Shown here one piece after another: positions 37,201 to 47,139 of a stretch of DNA of 64,000 bases (positions are counted from its first letter, which is position 1; the number at the start of each line of letters is the position of its first letter). Position numbers and translations under genes: made by a program. The DNA lies in NCBI GenBank assembly GCA_028534125.1, contig CM052841.1, forward strand, positions 66,278,001-66,342,000. The letters are read 5' to 3'. Below the pieces are notes generated by a model. It made no database searches and was not told where the DNA came from. It saw only the letters and a program-made list of their open reading frames with translations. Source of the stretch: Lama glama (taxonomy: Eukaryota).

Positions 37201-40200
37201 CTAGGGGCGGTGGAGCTGGGGTCCCAGGGCCAGGGCCAGCTCCTGGCACCTCCCCCTTGGCCTCTGCAGAGAACACAGCAGGGCTTCGGGCCGTGGTAGT
37301 GCCTTTGGAGACAATTCCCACAGCTGAGCGCTGAGCCTGGTCCCAGCTGGAGGCCTGAGGCCAAGGGTAGGCTGAGCCCCCTGCCTACTGGGGCCTGACA
37401 GGAGGCAGCTTCAAAGGGCCAGGCCTGGGCTGCTGGTGGGGGCCCCTCCTCCCCCAGGGCCGTGATGGGAGGGGATCAGCACTTCCAAGCTCACTGTGGA
37501 AGCAGGACAGGGCCCTAGATGGGGGGCTCCAGTGCCCCCCATCCTGTCCTCACCTCTCCTGCCAGGGCTCACAGCTGGCTTCCCAAGATGCCTTTTGGGG
37601 TCAGCCCCTGCTGGACCCCAGGGCTGGGCTGACAAGTGTCTTGCTGTGAGACGCTAGGACTCCACGGACCTCCCAGAGCAGGAAAGGTACACCAGGGCAG
37701 GCTGGGCAGCAGGAGGCCGGGGCCGGGCGGAGGCCAGGGCGCTGCTGCGTGGGGAGGTGGCTGTGTAGGGGGGAGGGAGGTCAGGCCACACAGCCACCGA
37801 GGCCCAGGATGGAAAAGGGCACCGACCCACCTGGCTTCTCACCCGCAGCTCCAGCTCCCGGCCTCGGGCCTCGGGAATCTGGGCTGAGGAAGGAGGGGAA
37901 GGAAGCCGGGGCTGCTGTCAGAGTGAGGAAGTGCTGTCCGGGCAGGTTCCGTCCCCCTCCCCTTCTGGTGTGACTGCCCACAGGTTCTGTGCTCAGGGAA
38001 ATTCATCTTCCAGTGTTTACGGAGCGCGCCTGCGTGTGTGCGGTGCGTGTGTGCTGCGAAGGTGGGCGGGGACGGGGAGGGGCCCTCGCCCTGGGTCCTA
38101 TTTAAGCATTAAGCTAACGGCCCCGTGGGTCTCAGCGGCGAGGCAGCACCGGGCACGGCGGATAGGGCACTGGCACAGGGACCTTGGCGTCCTGCCCGGG
38201 CTCCACGTGGCCAAGGACCCCAAACCGCACCTGGTTTCTGCTGGAGAGCTTCGTATCTGCGTGAGTGCGGGGCCCTGACACAGGTGGAGGGTCACAGGCC
38301 TGTGGGCGCTGGACTCGGGGGCAGAGCTCTGCTCGTGGGGGGCCGGGGTGGGTGAGTGGCCAGTGGGTGGGTGTGCAGTTACACCGGGGGCTGTGCAGTC
38401 TGCGGGAGGTGAGCAGTCAGCTCCCTAGCAGCCTCGCCCAGGCCAGTCCATGGGGGGAGAGTCCAGTGCATTGCTCGCACCGCCCCAGCTGCCTCCCCGC
38501 TGCCATCAGCCCCCACCCTCAATCCTGAGCAGCTCAGAAAGCCCCAAAGGCTGGCTGCACCAGCTGGAGGGGGTAGCCCCGGGCCTAGGGGAAGGGAGAG
38601 TTTCTGCGACCAGGGCTGGCTCCTTCCTCCTGGGGAGAAACTAGGCTGAAACTCCCGCTGGAGGAGCTAGGCTGAGACCCAAGGAATTCTGAGACCTCCA
38701 GGACGGAAGGAGCCTGAGTCTGGGGCAGAGGAAAGGTTGGAGGGGCCAGGGGTAGTCCCCAGGTCCCCTGAGTTTGTCCTGCTGGGACCTAGGATGGTGT
38801 CCTGAGCGAGGGGCCCAGGCCTCACCTGTGTGCCTGTGGTCTCAGGCTAGCAGTCTCCCACGTAAGGGAAGCCCGCCCTTCACAAGTGGCCCCAGTCCTG
38901 GGGAGAGTGAGGGCTTCCAGGCCCCAGCCCGTCCTGGGTCTTGAGCTTAGACGGCCCTGCCACAGTGCCTTCAGAGCCTGTCTGGACGGCCCAGCCCTGG
39001 CCACAGTGGTGATGGGGCAACGAGAGGCCGCCAAACAAACCCATCTCATTCAGGTGCACTTCTTGAGCCAGAGTTTCAGCCCAGGGGAGGCTGGAGAGAT
39101 GTTGGGAGGACCTATGTCCAGAGGAGTGGGATCCCGGGGTGGGAGGGGCCTGACTCCATTCACCTGGCCCATGGTCCACCTGGGAGATCCCAGCTGGCAC
39201 CAGATGCTGGGCTGGGGCCAGGAACAGCAGCTGTCCCCTGCAGCGGGGGTGACACTGATGTGTCCGGGGCCACCAACAGCCTGTGAGCAGAGCCCACGAC
39301 CTCCTGGGGGGTACCTGTGTGTGGTCCCCACCTGTGCTTGGGTTATTGCTGGGCCCCTGGCCCCTCTGCTGGGCCTGCGGGTTCCCTCAGAGGCCCTAGT
39401 TGACTAGGTACGGCCCTCTGGGCTGGGCCCCTCAGCCCTGGCTCTTCCTCAAGGCTCTGTAGGGGCTGCAGGAGAGCTGAGCCCTGAGGTCCCCCAGCCT
39501 CGGCTCCGGGTCTGCCCTGGTGTGTGTGTGCGTGTGCGTGTGCGTGTGCGTGTGGGGAGAGGCAGCCCCGGAGCCTGAGCCCTGGTGGGATCTCTCCCAG
39601 CTCCCACCTGTCGGTGCAGGTCAGGACTGCCCGCTCCGTTGCCCCTCCCTGCCCAGGTTGGCCGACGGGTCCTCCTGGCCTTCGGAGGCCTCACTGCCCC
39701 ATGGCCTGAGCCCAGCTCTAAGCAGCTCTCCCTGTGCTCCTGGAGCCCAGGCTGGGCTGGGCCAGCTCCCCAGCCCCAGTCTCCTCTAAAACAGGCTGGA
39801 GATGCGAAGTCGGGAGCCCTGGGGGTCCTGACACATTTTGGGCGGCACCCAACTCTGAGCAGCCATGACAGCCACCAGCCAGCAGAGAGATGGACAGGCC
39901 AGGGCTGGGCAGAGGCCACTACCTTCTGAGGGGAGGGTGTCGGGCAGTGATTGGCAGCCAAAGTGTCCTCTGGAAGCTTCCCCATCCACCTGTCAGTCCT
40001 CAGGGCCCTGGACCAGGCCTGATGAGGCCAGGCTGGCCTGAGAGACCATGCCCTCTGTGCACCTATAAACTGAGGCCAGTGGGAGTGGGCTCAGCCTGAC
40101 ACAGCGACCTGGTCTCACACTTCTCACCCCAGCCCTCCCCCCAGAACTGTGGCCCCTCTGAGGGCCACCCTCCCCGCCCATCCTGCCCCTGCCAGTGGGA

Positions 40201-43200
40201 CTTGTCTGGCCCCAACTGGGTCACCCCAGGGTCAGCCATCCCTGCACCCAGACTGCACACTGATGGCATCTCTCCGAGTCCCTGCGGTCCACCCAGCAAC
40301 CCAGGACCCGAGCTTGGCATCCTGGCTCTGTCCCCGCCCCGAGCCACCCAGAGCAGACCCTGGACCGCCACATGCATCTCTAAGCCAGCATGTGGAGGCG
40401 GGGACTGAGGGTGATAGCATCTTGTCTCTGGCCTAAACACCCCGCACCCAGGGTCCTGGCCCCCACACAGCTGCTGTCCTCTGGGCCCGCGCATGGATTC
40501 AGAACCTTATAAAAACATGCCCAAACCTTATAAGAAGTGGAACTGAGGTGAAACACAGAAGCCCTCACCTCCCCCAGTTTGGGCTCTTTCCATTTGGTGA
40601 TATGACCTGATATTACTGGCCCTTCTGGGTCTACCTTCATCACTGCCAGGGCCTTGGCACTGACCACAGCAAGTGTGTGTAATGGCCATCAAGGCACCCT
40701 GCCTGCCTAGGGCCTTGTCACTCGTTTGTTCATTCAGCAATCACTGGTGAGTGCTGTGCTGGGTGCCAGGGCTCCAGAGGAGAGCTCATCAAAGGGGGCT
40801 GACACAAGTGTACAATAGAGGCCCATGGGGCTCGGGGCATTGAGAGGTGGGAGGAGGCATACCAGGCTGGGAGAGAGGGTGTGAGCGGCCCCGGGGGAGG
40901 GCAGTGTCAAGTCCAGGGAGGATGACGGCAGCCTGGATGGGGAAGCCAGGGGCCAAGGGAGGAGGGAACTGAGTGGCAGTGATGCTGTGGGGAGGAGCGA
41001 GGGGCAGATGGGGGAAGACGCCTGGGTGGCGAGCAGGTGATGGATGAGGGTCCTGATCTTGGCTCAAGCTGAGCCGCCCCTCAGTCGTGTCCAGGGGTTT
41101 GTGAGGGGTGGTGGCCCCAACAGGGCCACCTTTGGCTGGTCCAGAGCCAGCACCGACTTCCCACACCTGCCTCACGCAGAGCATCCCCCGGGCCCCCTCC
41201 TCCGACGAGGAGTGCTTCTTTGACCTGCTGAGCAAGTTCCAGAGCAGCCGCATGGACGACCAGCGCTGCCCCCTGGAGGAGGGCCAGCCCGCAGCTGCGG
41301 AAGCCACAGCTGCCCCCACCCTGGAGGAGAGAATGGGTGAGCACCTGCGGTCGGCTCCCTTAGGCCTTAAGGGTGCAGCACTGGGACCAGGTGAGCACCC
41401 CGACTCTGCTGCAGTGCTCCAAGGGCAGGGCAGGCCAGCTGCAAAGTGCCCCCTGTCACTGTGAGCTCCACGTCCCCGCCTTGCGCAAAGCTACATCCTG
41501 AGAAGTGTGTAATCATCCCGCCTCTGGAGCACACGGTGTCAGCACAGCCGTCCTGGGGAGAGGGCGTGGGAGACGAGGCTCTCCTCCCATCACCTCCTGG
41601 AGGCGGGTGTGGGGCCCACGGTGGGGACAGCTGAGAGCAGCTGCGGTCTGGGGTCGGCCCTGGGGGTGCAGTGGGCTGTGCTGGGCTCACAGAGGTCAGA
41701 GCTCAGGCCTGACCCGCGGTGGCGCCCTGCTTCCCTGGAGCTCACCCCACCCCTGTCCCCCGCAGCCCAGCCCTCGCTGACAGCCTCCCCCCAGACTGAG
41801 GAGTTCTTCGACCTCATCGCCAGCTCCCAGAGCCGCCGGCTGGACGACCAGCGGGCCAGCGTGGGCAGCCTGCCCGGACTGCGCATCACCCACAACAACC
41901 TGGGGCACCTTCGAGGTGACGGGGACCCCCAGGAGCCAGGGGATGAGTTCTTCAACATGCTCATCAAGTGCCAGGTGGGCATGCAGCCCGGGGCTGGGGG
42001 CTGGGTGCCAGTCATCTCCCCACCGCCTGTCCTCCCAGGCCCCCGGCCCCAGGGCGGCCACACACAAGCTCTCGTCCCCCGGTCTCAGAGTGGGTCTGGG
42101 GGGATGCGGAACACTATGCCGGTTCTGCCAGTGTCACTGAGCACCCATAGGTACTTAAACTGTGGCCCACCTCCCCAGCCCCCTGAGAAGGCCACCCCAG
42201 GACGTCCTCAGGCCGGCCGCTCCTTACAGCACAGGAGCTTGGGGTCACCGGGTCCCCAAGACCATGGCCTCAGGTACCTCTCCAGCCTTCCATATCTGGA
42301 TGGAGAAAACCGAGGGCCAGGCAGTACCCCCAGAGTGCAGGGGCAGGCAGGGTTTCAGGGTCAGGAAACCTTCAGTGAAATCTCCAGGGAGGGGCAGCCC
42401 CGCAGCCTCCTATGCAGGAAGCTGGGAAGTTTCCAGATGTGATGTTCATTCCCACAGAGAAGAGGAAGGCGCAGCCCTGGGCAAGTCCGAGGAACCTTGA
42501 ATGCAGCACCTTCCGGGAAGCCCCGAGCCCCCCGCCCACACTCACACACGCTCCCGCGGCTGCGCCGCCTCCCGGCCCTTCTGCTCCAGACCCTGCAGAG
42601 AAGCCTGGCCACCCCCTTGGCCCCCTGACTCGATGGGACTTGATGGGGCCCTGGGGGGCTCTGGGAGCTGCAGCCTCGCCCCATCCCTGGGGTTCATGAA
42701 CACGTGCTGTCCGGTGGCCTTGCGAGCGGCCTGGGAAGCCACCCAAGCTGCTGTCTTCTGGCCCTGCCACTCCCAGCGGCTGTGGAAAACTCTTGCCAGG
42801 TGGACTGTTCTTGGGGTCAGGGCTCTCAGCTCCACTGCCGGAGGTGCTTCCCAGGAAGGCCCGAGGTGGCCTGACCAGCCCTCCTGAGTTGGCCCTGCTG
42901 CTGGATAGCAGCCTTTGCCTCCGAGTTGTCTGTGGGGCCACTGGCCGCTGGGTTAGGCCCTGCAAGGCCCGGGAAGGCCAGGCTGCCGGCCCACGTGTCC
43001 GTGTCTGCCCAGTCCTCCAGGATCGACGACCAGCGCTGTCCCCCACCCGACGTGCTGCCCCGTGGCCCCACCATGCCCGACGAGGACTTCTTCAGCCTCA
43101 TCCAGAGGGTCCAGGCCAAGCGGATGGACGAGCAGCGGGTGGATCTCGCCGGGAGCCCGGAGCAGGAGGTGGGCGGACCACCCGAGCCCCGGCAGCAGTG

Positions 43201-43219
43201 CCAGCCTGGTGCCAGCTAA
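15798..43219 (+). CDS. GPSM1: G-protein signalling modulator 1 (AGS3), spliced CDS, 673 aa: N-terminal TPR repeats and four GoLoco/GPR motifs
   Basis: Exons 15798-15865, 23561-23782, 24764-24899, 25623-25765, 26221-26344, 26552-26667, 27015-27170, 28071-28179, 29274-29397, 34719-34789, 35648-35827, 41180-41336, 41766-41974, 43013-43219. All introns GT-AG, phases match, total 2022 nt. Translation MAGPAPPAAADELPGATRRLYSR-MEASCLELALEGERLCK..., TPR LGNAY/LGNT repeats, GoLoco motifs FFDLL..SSRMDDQR, FFDLIASSQSRRLDDQR, FFNMLIKCQSSRIDDQR, FFSLIQRVQAKRMDEQR. Confidence 0.97.
17273..17290. repeat. (GT)n microsatellite
   Basis: About 9 perfect GT units. Confidence 0.8.
20131..20246. repeat. 58-bp tandem duplication (2 copies)
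   Basis: ggcagttgggcagagagggcttctgagggcctaggggaccccagggg... at 20131 recurs at 20189 with few substitutions. Confidence 0.8.
21358..21521 (+). CDS. GPSM1: GPSM1 candidate alternative first coding exon (1b)
   Basis: gtcATG; MPAATTEGQPVALSLAEKAVCKVVYGAPRLRPLLLPVGLELWLYVQKMRNLQRK-R; donor AG|GTGCGC; 164 nt gives phase 2, the same as exon 1, so in frame with exon 2. Confidence 0.75.
23561..23782 (+). CDS. GPSM1: GPSM1 exon 2
   Basis: cccag|G ATG GAG...; MEASCLELALEG...HDLLLAR; CG|GTGAGC. Confidence 0.97.
24764..24899 (+). CDS. GPSM1: GPSM1 exon 3
   Basis: TIGDRMGEAKASGNLGNTLKVLGRFDEAVVCCQRHLDIAQEQGDK; AG/GT flanks. Confidence 0.97.
25623..25765 (+). CDS. GPSM1: GPSM1 exon 4
   Basis: VGEARALYNIGNVYHAKGKQLSWNAAQDPGHLPPAVRETLRRASEFY; GA|GTGAG. 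Confidence 0.96.
26221..26344 (+). CDS. GPSM1: GPSM1 exon 5
   Basis: RNLSLVKELGDRAAQGRAYGNLGNTHYLLGSFTEATAFHKE; GAG|GTGAGT. Confidence 0.96.
26552..26667 (+). CDS. GPSM1: GPSM1 exon 6
   Basis: RLAIAKEFGDKAAERRAYSNLGNAHIFLGRFDVAAEYY; AA|GTAGG. Confidence 0.96.
27015..27170 (+). CDS. GPSM1: GPSM1 exon 7
   Basis: KTLQLSRQLKDQAVEAQACYSLGNTYTLLQDYERAAEYHLRHLLIAQELAD; AG|GTGTG. Confidence 0.96.
27668..27800 (+). mobile_element. Old L1M 3'-end fragment
   Basis: ttttgggtgatg... ending ...tttcacctcaatttaaaaa, a typical L1M 3' terminus. Confidence 0.45.
27865..27882 (+). promoter_or_regulatory. CTCF motif in GPSM1 intron 7
   Basis: TGGCCACTAGGGGGCAGT, close to the CTCF core consensus. Confidence 0.5.
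28071..28179 (+). CDS. GPSM1: GPSM1 exon 8
   Basis: VGEGRACWSLGNAYVSMGSPAQALTFAKKHLEISQE; GAG|GTGAGC. Confidence 0.96.
29274..29397 (+). CDS. GPSM1: GPSM1 exon 9
   Basis: IGDRSGELTARMNVAQLQLALGRLSSPAAAEKPDLAGYEAQ; G|GTGAGT. Confidence 0.96.
30129..30134 (+). terminator. Candidate intronic poly(A) signal in GPSM1 intron 9
   Basis: AATAAA in an AT-rich patch (aatagattaataaatat) about 730 nt after exon 9. Confidence 0.45.
32700..33224 (-). mobile_element. MaLR solo LTR (MLT1A-like), interrupted by the SINE
   Basis: Minus strand starts tatggattgaatgtttgtgtcccccag and ends ...tttaagccacccattctgtggtgttttgttacgcagc, typical MLT1 termini. Confidence 0.8.
32767..32916 (+). mobile_element. Young tRNA-derived SINE (camelid-type) with target-site duplication
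   Basis: GGGGGGAGGGTACAGCTCAAGTGGTA (A box) ... GGTTCACTCC (B box), A-rich tail; 13-bp TSD AAACAGTGGATGT at 32753-32765 and 32917-32929; TT|AAAC L1-endonuclease-type site. Confidence 0.88.
34719..34789 (+). CDS. GPSM1: GPSM1 exon 10
   Basis: ttcag|GG; ARPKRTQRLSAETWDLLRLPLER; CGG|GTGAGT. Confidence 0.95.
35648..35827 (+). CDS. GPSM1: GPSM1 exon 11
   Basis: EQNGDSHHAGDWRG...DSADVRVQVPRT; ACG|GTAGG. Confidence 0.95.
37130..37210 (-). mobile_element. MIR SINE fragment
   Basis: gaggggaaactgaggcgcagagcagggaagaaatggcctgaggacgtccagctag resembles the MIR core. Confidence 0.45.
38020..38266 (+). promoter_or_regulatory. Candidate internal promoter and non-coding leader exon for AGS3-short
   Basis: CpG-enriched patch, GGGCGG at 38064, TATTTAA at 38099-38105, donor TGC|GTGAGT at 38260/38261, no ATG in the leader. 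Confidence 0.5.
39521..39554. repeat. (TG)/(TGCGTG)n microsatellite
   Basis: tgtgtgtgtgcgtgtgcgtgtgcgtgtgcgtgtg. Confidence 0.8.
41180..41336 (+). CDS. GPSM1: GPSM1 exon 12 (GoLoco 1; contains the AGS3-short start codon at 41252)
   Basis: SIPRAPSSDEECFFDLLSKFQSSRMDDQRCPLEEG...; G|GTGAG. Confidence 0.96.
41766..41974 (+). CDS. GPSM1: GPSM1 exon 13 (GoLoco 2 and start of GoLoco 3)
   Basis: QPSLTASPQTEEFFDLIASSQSRRLDDQR...EFFNMLIKCQ; CAG|GTGGG. Confidence 0.96.
43013..43219 (+). CDS. GPSM1: GPSM1 exon 14 coding part (end of GoLoco 3, GoLoco 4, stop)
   Basis: SSRIDDQRCPPPDVLPRGPTMPDEDFFSLIQRVQAKRMDEQR...QPGAS, TAA at 43217-43219. Confidence 0.96.
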   Translation, partial: SSRIDDQRCPPPDVLPRGPTMPDEDFFSLIQRVQAKRMDEQRVDLAGSPEQEVGGPPEPRQQCQPGAS

Positions 43220-44571
43220 GGCCTCGCACCTGCGGCCGGGCCCACCCCACCCCCATTCCTGGACACCGGGGTGGTGGGGGCACTCACAAATATCCAGGAT
43301 GCCCATGGCCCCCCCAAGAAGCCAGATCCTCCCAGGCCATGGCTGAGGGCAGGCTCTGAGCCACTCAGCCCTTCCCACTGAGCCGGATGCTGGGCACACA
43401 GCTCTCACTGTGTCCCCCTGCCCCAGGGCAGGAGGCTTAGGCCTCAGCATAGTCTGTCCTGGGCTGGTCCCCACGTGGTACGCAGCTTCCTGCAGGCCTG
43501 CCCAGCCCAGCCCTGCCCTCACCCCTGCCCCGGGCCCGGCCTTCAGCATGTCGGCCCCAAACCCCAGTACTGTCCAGACCCTCCATGCTCTCTCCCTGCC
43601 CCCCACCCCCATCCAAATGTGAAAACTCTGCAGCCCTCCCGACCCCTAAAGGTGTCTCTGAAGCCTCTTCTCTAGGGCCACCAGCGACATGGGCATTTCT
43701 CTCCTCCCAAAGCTGGTCCCTGGGTGGCGAGCACAAACATGTTCTCCCCAGTCCCGGCCTCACCCCTGGCAAGTGCCTCCTCCCAGCCCCTCTCCCCTCA
43801 ATCCTGCCCCGGCTGGAGGAGGGAGGAGGAGGCAGTCACATCTGGAGCCTGACGCCGTAGTGGCGGCAGTGCCCCTACGCGGGGTCCACGGCCCCACAAG
43901 GCACACAGTCCTAAGCAAGCAGGATGGGGGGGGGAGCGGGGTGAGCTGCCACACTCCTCAATTCCAAGCCCAGAAACCCAGGAACTGAGCCAGCCTGGTT
44001 CTGGGAGTACCAGTGGCAGCGAGATCTACTCCCGGACCGTGCCAGGGTGGGCAGTGGGTGCAAGGGCTCTGGCTCTGTGGCCGTGGGGGCACCCATAGCT
44101 CAGCAGGGGGAGGGGGTCAGTTCGATTCTGCCCTGATCGCGTGAGCACCTGGTCCTCACCCCTCCCAGCGGGGGGAGATGACACCACCACCACCCCCACA
44201 GGGGCATCGGCCCACAGGACTGGGCAGGAGACAGGCCCTCTCCCAGGCCTTCGTTGCAGCCCACCACCTGCAGGGCCCACCCACCGCCAGCTCTTCTGGA
44301 GCGCTCTTAGGGTCGAGCGGCAGCCCCCCCGGCCTCCAGAGCTCAGAGGCGCTGCCTTCTCTTGGGTGGTGCCTCACCCAGCCCCACAGTCCTGCCCTCC
44401 GAGTGTTGGGAGGTGGCCAGACCCCCACCCCACGGTACAGCCTGGGGAGCTCTGGGCGGAGGGGCCTCTGAAGGGGTGTGGGGCCCTCAGGGGTAAGGGT
44501 GGGTCGGTAGGTGGGCCAGAGGCCAAGCACAGGCTCCTCAGCCGCCCCACATGCCTGATCGTACGTGCATA

Positions 44572-44577
44572 TTTATT
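44572..44577 (-). terminator. Candidate distal DNLZ poly(A) signal inside the GPSM1 3' UTR
   Basis: tttatt on + (AATAAA on -), about 75 nt inside the GPSM1 AATAAA. Confidence 0.5.
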
Positions 44578-44650
44578 GCTCACACGTGTGTTTGCCATGT
44601 TGTCAGTGGGTCCTTTCCAACCCAAGAGGTACATTTGTTTTTCCCAAAAA

Positions 44651-44656
44651 AATAAA
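44651..44656 (+). terminator. GPSM1 polyadenylation signal
   Basis: AATAAA about 1.43 kb after the stop codon, in a locally AT-rich patch. Confidence 0.8.
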
Positions 44657-46656
44657 GTCTGCCAAGTGAATGCTGTCCATGTCGGGGTGAGTGCCGACTG
44701 AGGGTGTTGGTCCCTCAGGAAGCCTGGTGACGACCGTATCAGGGTGAGCAGCCTGCACAGTGCAAAGGGCCTGGGGCTCAAGCCACGCCCTCCCACCCAC
44801 CCCCACGAGGAGTCTCGCTCCCTGCTAAGTTCATCAGTGAGGGGGCTAGGACTCAGGGGTTAAGTGGCAGCCCCAGGGACACACAGTCAGCCAGGATGCT
44901 GCTGTTGGAGCCCACGTGACTCCTAAAGCCCACGCCTCGCCCCCCCGCCCCCACACTCCTGTCCTGGAACAGAGATCCTCTGGTGCTGACAAGGCTGCTG
45001 GGACACATGGAGTGCGCTGTGGGGGCTGGCCCCATCTGCATTGGGACACAGGGAACCCCGGGCCTCCCCATCTGGCCAGCCACCCATGCACCCTTTCGTG
45101 GGCTGAGCCTGCTGCCCCCACCCAGAAGACTTCATCCCAGGAGTCCCCAGCCACTGGGACAGTCTGGCTGGTCCGCACGGGGGAGGAGCCTGGAGCCCTG
45201 GGGTTCGTGTTCCACAGGTGGTGGGGGGTAAGGAGAAGGCCGCTCATGTCCAGGGAACACAGCAGGCAGGCAGTTGGGGTGCATGACAGCAAGGCTGCCC
45301 CCCGTGTACCCCTGGCCTTGCCCCAGTGCCCTGCTGGAAACACCACCACCTCCCCACTTGCAGGAGGGTTTCTCACCAGGGGCCGTGGAACCGGGGCCAG
45401 CCCAGCTCCCTGCCTGTGTCTCTTGAGTCCTGAAGTCTGGGCTACAGATAAGGTGTCTGGGACCCGTCAGGACAGCCTGCTGCACAGGTGAGACCCCCAC
45501 CTTGGCCTGCTCAGGGACTCACCCCCAGGAGATACAGCCCGGGCTTCACTGGCATTCGGAGGGGGACAGGTGACCCTGAAGGCTGGGCAGGGGTCTACAG
45601 GCAGTAGGAGCTGAGCAGGAGGAGTGAACAGGAGACGTCTGCTCCTGAGGCTAGGAAATGCAGACCAAGCTTGGGACACCGAGGGGCACCACACTTGTGT
45701 GTTCCCAACAGCACCCAGAGCAACAGGACCAGCAGGACCAACAGGACTGCCTGCCAAAGCCTAGGTGCGGGTGAGACCCTGAGGGCCACACCTCTACATT
45801 CCAAGCTGCCTTAGTCCCGGGGCCCTGTGCCTGCGTGCAGGAGGCCACCATGAAGTCGGTGGCACCCCAGCCTTGCACACGTTGGGCTCACCCGGACCAC
45901 TGGGCACCGGCTGGGCTGAGAAACATCAGTGCAGATGGGGCACTGCCCTCGGAGGGGGACGGGAATAATGCAGGGTTGTCTGCCACGGGGGACCGAGTCA
46001 GAGCACAGACCGCCAGCGCCTGGGGAAAGATGCTGAGGCCCAGGGCTGGCGGGGGCGGCGGCTGGGAGTGCGCATCCTGCCAGGATCCTGTGAGATCGTG
46101 GCTGGTGATTAATGCTGAAGGTCACACGACCCAGAAGGCTTCTGGAAATAAACACACTCTCATAAACACAGGAACATCCTGAGAAGACAGGCAAACGAGG
46201 CTGGGAGACAAACTGCACACCCTGGGGGAGGGGACACTATGCGGGGTACGCGGCCCACCGCCAGTCAGACAGCAGCCCTGGCTCCCACTCCGCTCGCCAC
46301 CACGGCTGCCTGGCCTGTCTGTGGCGACGGTGAGCAGCCTGGTTTCCTGACTGCTTGGCCAGTGGCCAAGAGTCAGAGCTGAGGTTGGCACTGGTTCAGC
46401 AGTGCTGTCCAGGGAACAGCAGGTGTCACAGAAGGATCTGCGGGGCCTCCTTGTGTCTGGCCAGAGGGACAGGACCCGCAGTGGGGTGTAGGGGTGCTGA
46501 TTCTGCTCCCAGGAAGAACAGTGGCTAACTGGCCATCCCTTCCAGGCATCCCCGAGAGCCAGCAAGATCGGGGCCCTGACATCTGGGGCAGGACTGAGCC
46601 ACCCCATGCCAGTCCTGAGTCTTGTCTTTCTGCCTGTCCTCCTGACGAGGTGGCAC

Positions 46657-46780
46657 TGTGAGCATTTTCATCTGTAGACAGGAAGACAGAGGCTCAGAGG
46701 GGCAAAGTGACCTGCCCAAGGCCACACAGCCACAGCCAGGAAGGGCTCAGACTTCATGTCCAGCCCCTTCCCACTGGGAC
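46657..46780 (-). mobile_element. MIR SINE fragment
   Basis: acagaggctcagaggggcaaagtgacctgcccaaggccacacagc matches the MIR core. Confidence 0.65.
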
Positions 46781-46900
46781 ATGGCCTGTAGCTGCAGAAG
46801 GCCCCAGATGCAGCCTGGAGAGGGTTCTTGTGAGTCATTCTGACTCCAGAACCAGGGAGAGCAGGAGACCCCCAGGCTCCACATCTGCAAGTGATGTCTG

Positions 46901-46906
46901 TTTATT
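46901..46906 (-). terminator. DNLZ proximal poly(A) signal
   Basis: tttatt on + (AATAAA on -) about 65 nt past the DNLZ stop. Confidence 0.7.
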
Positions 46907-46970
46907 GATAAAAAAACAAGCAAGTCCAGAGTTGCCCAGGGCCAGAGCATCCTTCTTGAAGGCAGGTGAG

Positions 46971-47139
46971 TCAGCTGGCCTCCGTCTTGCCAGGGTGGGT
47001 GGGATCCTGGTCCTCAGCCCCTTCCACAGCAGTGGTGGATTTGGGGGACCCCGCAGCCTCTAAAACAAGCTCCAGGGCCCCCTCACCAGCCACTCGGCAC
47101 ACCTTCTCCCCTCTGGCTGCCAGGATTTCTTCAATATTC
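46971..47139 (-). CDS. DNLZ: DNLZ exon 3 coding part
   Basis: [30 protein letters not shown]...GKTEAS, TGA at 46971-46973. Confidence 0.95.

Noticed and set aside
40380-40700. AT-richer patch with repeated aaccttataa and a 95-aa minus-strand ORF, considered as a processed pseudogene
   Set aside because: No recognisable parent gene, poly(A) tail or TSD.
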